In this document: positions 59,277-64,000 of the stretch, one piece after another
Layout: the number at the start of each line of letters is the position of its first letter
Position numbering within the stretch: position 1 is the first letter of the stretch
Assembly (NCBI GenBank): GCA_041687035.1
Contig: JAWLCS010000002.1
Span: forward strand, 22,738 to 86,737
Reading direction: 5' to 3'
Length of the DNA: 64,000 bases
Source: Bacteroidales bacterium
GTDB taxonomy: Bacteria > Bacteroidota > Bacteroidia > Bacteroidales > UBA7960
The notes under the pieces: generated by a model
Seen by the model: the letters and a program-made list of their open reading frames with translations, nothing else
Databases searched by the model: none
What the model was told of the DNA's origin: nothing
Made by a program: the position numbers and the translations under genes

Positions 59277-60050
59277 ATGGGAGGCACGAGCAAAAAGAAG
59301 TACAAAACTGGGTTGGTCCTCAGCGGTGGTGGTACCCGTGGGTTTGCTCACCTGGGAGCCCTTAAGGCCCTTGAAGAGCATGGAATACAACCAGATATTA
59401 TTGCCGGCGTGAGTGCCGGAAGCATTGTTGGGGCGCTTTATGCCGATGGCGAAAACGCCGAAGAGGCCCTCAAGGCTCTTACAAGCCAAAGGCTCTTTGG
59501 GTTTCTTGAATTTATTATGCCCCGTAATAGTCTGGTGAAAATGACCGGATTTGAAAAGACCTTGCGCAACAAACTTAAGGCCAAAAAATTTGAAGATCTG
59601 GAAATACCACTGGTTATTTTTGCCGTAAATATTAATTCTGCAGAACTGATTAAATTTGACAAGGGCGACCTGGTTAGTGCCATTATGGCATCCTCGTCTA
59701 TTCCTGTGGTATTTCCTCCGGTAAAAATTAAAGGACAATACTATCTCGATGGCGGCATAATTAATAATTTTCCGGTCGATATGATCCGCGAAGACTGTGA
59801 AACTGTTATTGGGATAAACGTTAACCCCATTGGCGAGTTTAAAAAAGTTGGCAGCCTTAAAGCCATTGCCGAACGATCCTTTCACATTACCTTGCGCAAT
59901 CAGGCCAACAGCAAAAAGGACCTTTGCGACATATATATAGAGCCGGAAGGACTTGACCAATATGGGCTGCTTGACGTTTCGCGAGCACAGGAAATTTTCG
60001 ACCTGGGATATAAGGAAGCAAAGCAGGTTTTAAAGGACAAAAGCAATTAA
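59277..60050 (+). CDS. Patatin-like phospholipase
   Basis: GGGTRG, GVSAG and DGG motifs. Confidence 0.93.
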   Translation: MGGTSKKKYKTGLVLSGGGTRGFAHLGALKALEEHGIQPDIIAGVSAGSIVGALYADGENAEEALKALTSQRLFGFLEFIMPRNSLVKMTGFEKTLRNKLKAKKFEDLEIPLVIFAVNINSAELIKFDKGDLVSAIMASSSIPVVFPPVKIKGQYYLDGGIINNFPVDMIREDCETVIGINVNPIGEFKKVGSLKAIAERSFHITLRNQANSKKDLCDIYIEPEGLDQYGLLDVSRAQEIFDLGYKEAKQVLKDKSN

Positions 60051-60092
60051 ATGGTATAAATGATAACTTTGTGTCTTTGAAACTTCCTGGTC

Positions 60093-61571
60093 ATGCAACA
60101 TTCTCTTATAATTTATAACTCGCTTTCGCGGAAAAAAGAACCTTTCGAGCCGCTGAATCCTCCTTTTGTGGGCATGTATGTTTGCGGGCCAACCGTTTAT
60201 GGCGACGCACACCTGGGTCATGCCCGCCCGGCCATTGCCTTCGATCTTGTTTTCCGTTTTCTTCAACATTTAGGCTATAAGGTACGCTATGTGCGCAACA
60301 TTACCGATGTGGGGCATCTTGAAAATGATGCCGATCAGGGCGAGGACAAGATTGGCAAGAAAGCCCGCCTGGAGCAGCTCGAGCCCATGGAGATTGTGCA
60401 ATATTTTTCTGACAGGTACCATGAGGACATGGACCTGCTGAATGTAAAAAAACCCAGCATTGAGCCCCGTGCATCAGGCCATATTATTGAACAAATTGAG
60501 ATGGTGAAGGCCATTCTTGAAGCTGGATTTGCCTATGAAGTAAATGGTTCGGTTTATTTTGATGTGGAGAAATACCACAAAACCCATCAATATGGGAAAC
60601 TTAGCGGGCGCGTGCTTGAAGACATGATGGCCGGCAACCGCGATCTGGAGGGACAGGACGAAAAACGCAACAGTGTGGATTTTGCCTTATGGAAGAAAGC
60701 CAGTGCAGAGCATATTATGCGTTGGCCATCGCCCTGGAGCGAAGGCTTTCCGGGCTGGCACCTCGAATGTTCGGCCATGAGCACAAAGTATCTTGGTGAG
60801 GTTTTCGACATTCACGGAGGCGGCATGGACCTGCTATTTCCGCACCACGAATGCGAAATTGCCCAGAGCAATGCCGCAAACGGAAAAGATTCGGTTCGCT
60901 ACTGGCTGCACAACAATATGATTACCATCAATGGCCAGAAAATGGGCAAGTCGCTTGGCAACTTCATAACCCTGCGAGAATTTTTCAGTGGTGAGCATGC
61001 ATCACTCGAAAGAGCCTACAGCCCTATGACCATTCGCTTCTTCATACTTCAGGCCCACTACCGCAGCACCCTCGACTTCAGCAACGAAGCCCTGGAGGCA
61101 GCCGAAAAAGGCCTGAAGCGCCTTATGCAAGGCCACGAAACCCTGCACAAGATCAAATCATCTGAGAATTCATCGATCCAAATTACGGGCATCCGGCAAA
61201 AATGCTACGAGGCCATGAACGACGACTTCAACAGCCCCCTGGCCATTGCCCAGCTGTTTGATGCCGTAAGAATCATCAACTCAGTATTTGACAAGAAGGA
61301 TACCCTTTCGGAAGCCGATCTGAACGAGCTAAAAGAAATATTCGACACTTTTCTGATCGACATTTTCGGGCTGAAAAACGAGGCAGGCTCTGACAACCAA
61401 CAAATGAACACGATTGTTGACGGCCTCATGCAAATGATCCTCGACTTCAGGCAAACCGCCCGTCAGCAAAAGGACTGGGCCGCATCCGACAAGATCCGCG
61501 ACCACCTGGCAAGCCTTAAAATCACCGTAAAAGACGGCAAAGAAGGGGCGAGCTGGGAGATGAATCAATAG
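60093..61571 (+). CDS. cysS: Cysteine--tRNA ligase
   Basis: [20 protein letters not shown] and KMGKS motifs. Confidence 0.98.
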   Translation: MQHSLIIYNSLSRKKEPFEPLNPPFVGMYVCGPTVYGDAHLGHARPAIAFDLVFRFLQHLGYKVRYVRNITDVGHLENDADQGEDKIGKKARLEQLEPMEIVQYFSDRYHEDMDLLNVKKPSIEPRASGHIIEQIEMVKAILEAGFAYEVNGSVYFDVEKYHKTHQYGKLSGRVLEDMMAGNRDLEGQDEKRNSVDFALWKKASAEHIMRWPSPWSEGFPGWHLECSAMSTKYLGEVFDIHGGGMDLLFPHHECEIAQSNAANGKDSVRYWLHNNMITINGQKMGKSLGNFITLREFFSGEHASLERAYSPMTIRFFILQAHYRSTLDFSNEALEAAEKGLKRLMQGHETLHKIKSSENSSIQITGIRQKCYEAMNDDFNSPLAIAQLFDAVRIINSVFDKKDTLSEADLNELKEIFDTFLIDIFGLKNEAGSDNQQMNTIVDGLMQMILDFRQTARQQKDWAASDKIRDHLASLKITVKDGKEGASWEMNQ

Positions 61572-61769
61572 CAAAACGAATAGGTTTTCTCTCCTTTACT
61601 TTTACTCCGTTGCTGAGACCTTCATAAAAAAGGCCTCATGGTTATTATTTGCCTCATTACCAACATCCGCAACCTTTATAGGGCTAATTGGCAATTATTA
61701 TCCGTATCTTTACAATAAGCAAATTTATTAGATTTAAATAAAATTAGTTTCTATTAAACATATATTTAC

Positions 61770-63650
61770 GTGTGTGGAATTGTTGGGGTTATGAAAAAAA
61801 CGGGGGGAAAGCCAGACCTCCTGATATTGAAGCATATGGCTTCGACCATAAATCATCGGGGACCCGATGAAGATGGCTTTTTCATCGAAGGACGGGTTGG
61901 TTTTTTCCATAAAAGGCTTTCAATCATTGATCTTTCGACCGGAAGTCAACCCATGCGTTTTGAGGATTGCACCATTGTTTATAATGGTGAGATCTATAAT
62001 TATATTGAACTGCGCGAAGATCTCAAAAAAAGAGGGCATACATTTGTTACTTCTTCTGACACCGAAGTAATCCTTCACCTTTACAAGGAATTTGGCGAAG
62101 ACTTTACAAGAATGCTAAATGGCATGTTTGCCTTTATCATTTTTGACCAGGGGCAAAATCGATTGTTTATTGCCCGGGATCATTTTGGCATTAAGCCCTT
62201 ATATTGGTATGAAGATAAAGACCAGTTTCTTTTCGGAAGCGAAATAAAGGCCATATTAGCCTTTCCGGAATTTAAAGCGGAACCTGAACCTGAAAGCATT
62301 TATGAATACCTGACCTTTCAGTTTATCATGGGCAGGAACACCATGTTTCATAACATCTTTAAGGTTCTGCCCGGGCATCAAATGGTAATTGAAGTGCCCT
62401 CAGGAAAAACAACGACAACAAGTTACTGGAATCCAGACTTCACGCTTGATCCTTTTCACACAGAGGAATACTTTGTTGCAGAATTGAGAAAGATATTGGA
62501 GGAAACAATTCGGCAGCAATTGCGAAGTGATGTACCTCTTGGCACCTACCTGAGCGGAGGGCTTGATTCATCCCTGGTGACCATTTTGTCATCCAAGTTT
62601 TTAGACCACCCCATCAAGTCGTTTACCGGATCCTTTCTCGAGGGTCCGGAGTTCGACGAGCTACAATACGCCAGGATCGCGGCCAAATCTTGCCATGCTG
62701 AACTAATAGAGATCTATCCCACCGAACAGGAATTCATTGACCTGCTTCCTAAGCTAATTTACCACTTGGATGAACCTGTTGCCGGACCTGGTCTTTTCCC
62801 CCAGTATATTGTTTCCAGAGAAGCCGCAAAGCACGTTAAAGTAATGCTTGGAGGCCTGGGAGGAGATGAAATTTTTGGAGGATATGCCAGATACCTGGTG
62901 GCCTATTTGGAACAAGCCTTAAAAGGCGCCATAAATGAAACAAACGAGGAAGTTGAACATATTGTGTCGTTAAGGTCAATCCTGCCAAACCTGCCATCTT
63001 TGAAGCAATACATCCCCATGCTTAAAAACTTCTGGCATGAGGGGGCTTTTGAAGGCATGGACCAAAGGTATTTTAACCTGCTAAACAGGATGGGCTCAAC
63101 CCAGGCTTTCCTGACAAAGGAGTTTTTAGCCAACAGGAATGAACCTAAACTTCTCGAAAAATTTTCGCAACATTTTAACCATCAAAACACCCTTAGTTAT
63201 TTTAACAAGATGACTCACTTTGACATGAATGCAAGTCTTCCGGCTTTGCTTCAGGTTGAAGACAGGGTAAGTATGGCAGCCTCCATTGAGTCAAGGGTTC
63301 CGCTGCTCGACCGACGTATTGTTGACCTTATCTCGCGCATGCCGGCAGCTATGAAATTCAAAGGAGGAGAACTTAAGTACCTGCTCAAAAAAACCATTAA
63401 AGATATAATGCCGCCGGAAATCTTAAACAGAAAAGACAAAATGGGATTTCCTGTTCCCTTGCACATCTGGTCGAAAAACCATGCAAAAAGTTTTATTCTC
63501 GATGTGTTGAATTCCCAAAAGGCAATGGACCGAAGTATTATTAACACTGCTTACGTGGAACAGCTTATTGATTCAGAGCAACCTTTCGGAAGGGGGCTTT
63601 GGGGTCTTCTTTCACTGGAGCTTTGGTATAATCAGTTTATTGACAATTAA
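61770..63650 (+). CDS. asnB: Asparagine synthase-like glutamine amidotransferase (polysaccharide-associated type)
   Basis: MCGI, HRGPD, NGEIYN, SGGLDSS and E.RVP.LD motifs. Confidence 0.92.
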   Translation: MCGIVGVMKKTGGKPDLLILKHMASTINHRGPDEDGFFIEGRVGFFHKRLSIIDLSTGSQPMRFEDCTIVYNGEIYNYIELREDLKKRGHTFVTSSDTEVILHLYKEFGEDFTRMLNGMFAFIIFDQGQNRLFIARDHFGIKPLYWYEDKDQFLFGSEIKAILAFPEFKAEPEPESIYEYLTFQFIMGRNTMFHNIFKVLPGHQMVIEVPSGKTTTTSYWNPDFTLDPFHTEEYFVAELRKILEETIRQQLRSDVPLGTYLSGGLDSSLVTILSSKFLDHPIKSFTGSFLEGPEFDELQYARIAAKSCHAELIEIYPTEQEFIDLLPKLIYHLDEPVAGPGLFPQYIVSREAAKHVKVMLGGLGGDEIFGGYARYLVAYLEQALKGAINETNEEVEHIVSLRSILPNLPSLKQYIPMLKNFWHEGAFEGMDQRYFNLLNRMGSTQAFLTKEFLANRNEPKLLEKFSQHFNHQNTLSYFNKMTHFDMNASLPALLQVEDRVSMAASIESRVPLLDRRIVDLISRMPAAMKFKGGELKYLLKKTIKDIMPPEILNRKDKMGFPVPLHIWSKNHAKSFILDVLNSQKAMDRSIINTAYVEQLIDSEQPFGRGLWGLLSLELWYNQFIDN

Positions 63651-63659
63651 TACAATCTT

Positions 63660-64000
63660 ATGAATCTGAACGCTACACCTATTAATGAATCTTCCTGGAA
63701 AGTTACGAAGATTGGTGTGGTTGGCCCTGGCATTGTTGGCATGCCAATGGCAGCCATGCTTGCCCATGCCAAAATAAAAATCGGGACAGATGAGCCGGCC
63801 AAGGTGGTAGTGGTTCAGCGCAATTCAAAAAACTCTGGCTGGAAAACCCATGCAATTAACCAGGGCCGTTCGGTTATTGGTGGAATTGAGCCCGGCCTGG
63901 ATGCCATTACGGCGCAGGCCGTTAAGAACGGGATTCTTTCGGCCAGCTACGATTTCAATCAGCTCAGCGATGCCGATGTGATCCTTATTTCGGTGCAAAC
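63660..64000 (+). CDS. Nucleotide-sugar dehydrogenase, 5' part (runs off the window)
   Basis: MNLNATP...KIGVVGPGIVGMPMA...IEPGL...DADVILISVQ Rossmann N-domain. Confidence 0.85.
   Translation, partial: MNLNATPINESSWKVTKIGVVGPGIVGMPMAAMLAHAKIKIGTDEPAKVVVVQRNSKNSGWKTHAINQGRSVIGGIEPGLDAITAQAVKNGILSASYDFNQLSDADVILISVQ

Noticed and set aside
1355-63547. Many long antisense or overlapping ORFs in the ORF track (e.g. 3144-3851, 41067-41786, 57358-58101, 59214-59960)
   Set aside because: They shadow well-supported genes and lack recognisable motifs

Overview
Gene-dense 64 kb chromosomal segment from a Bacteroidota organism, probably Bacteroidales. The evidence is TAnnTTTG -7 promoter motifs, A-rich leaders mostly lacking Shine-Dalgarno sequences, gldD/gldE, a T9SS C-terminal domain and Bacteroides-type sdhCAB. 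Housekeeping genes include the kbl 3' end, pyk, mgtE, queD, sdhCAB, tadA, aspS, upp, radC, tRNA-Glu/rpsT/tRNA-Glu, folK, sppA and cysS. The window also carries several peptidases (an S12 hydrolase, a secreted cyanophycinase-like protein, a C69 dipeptidase and two Xaa-Pro aminopeptidases) and a divergent carotenoid cluster (crtI-crtB / crtD-cruF-acyltransferase-GT2). A polysaccharide-type locus starts at the right edge (asnB-like gene, nucleotide-sugar dehydrogenase). I saw no transposase, integrase, prophage, CRISPR array or rRNA. The most unusual signals are non-coding or structural: (1) a ~65-bp two-hairpin element with imperfect terminal inverted repeats, present twice and each time 24-25 nt upstream of a start codon; (2) five pseudo-palindromic 13-mers in two blocks with a 14-bp period before an ATPase gene; (3) a candidate GU-rich sRNA; (4) heptamer and nonamer arrays with nested mini-palindromes at several gene junctions; (5) a PflX-like gene with an in-frame loss of its radical-SAM core. 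All family assignments come from motif recognition by eye, not database searches.
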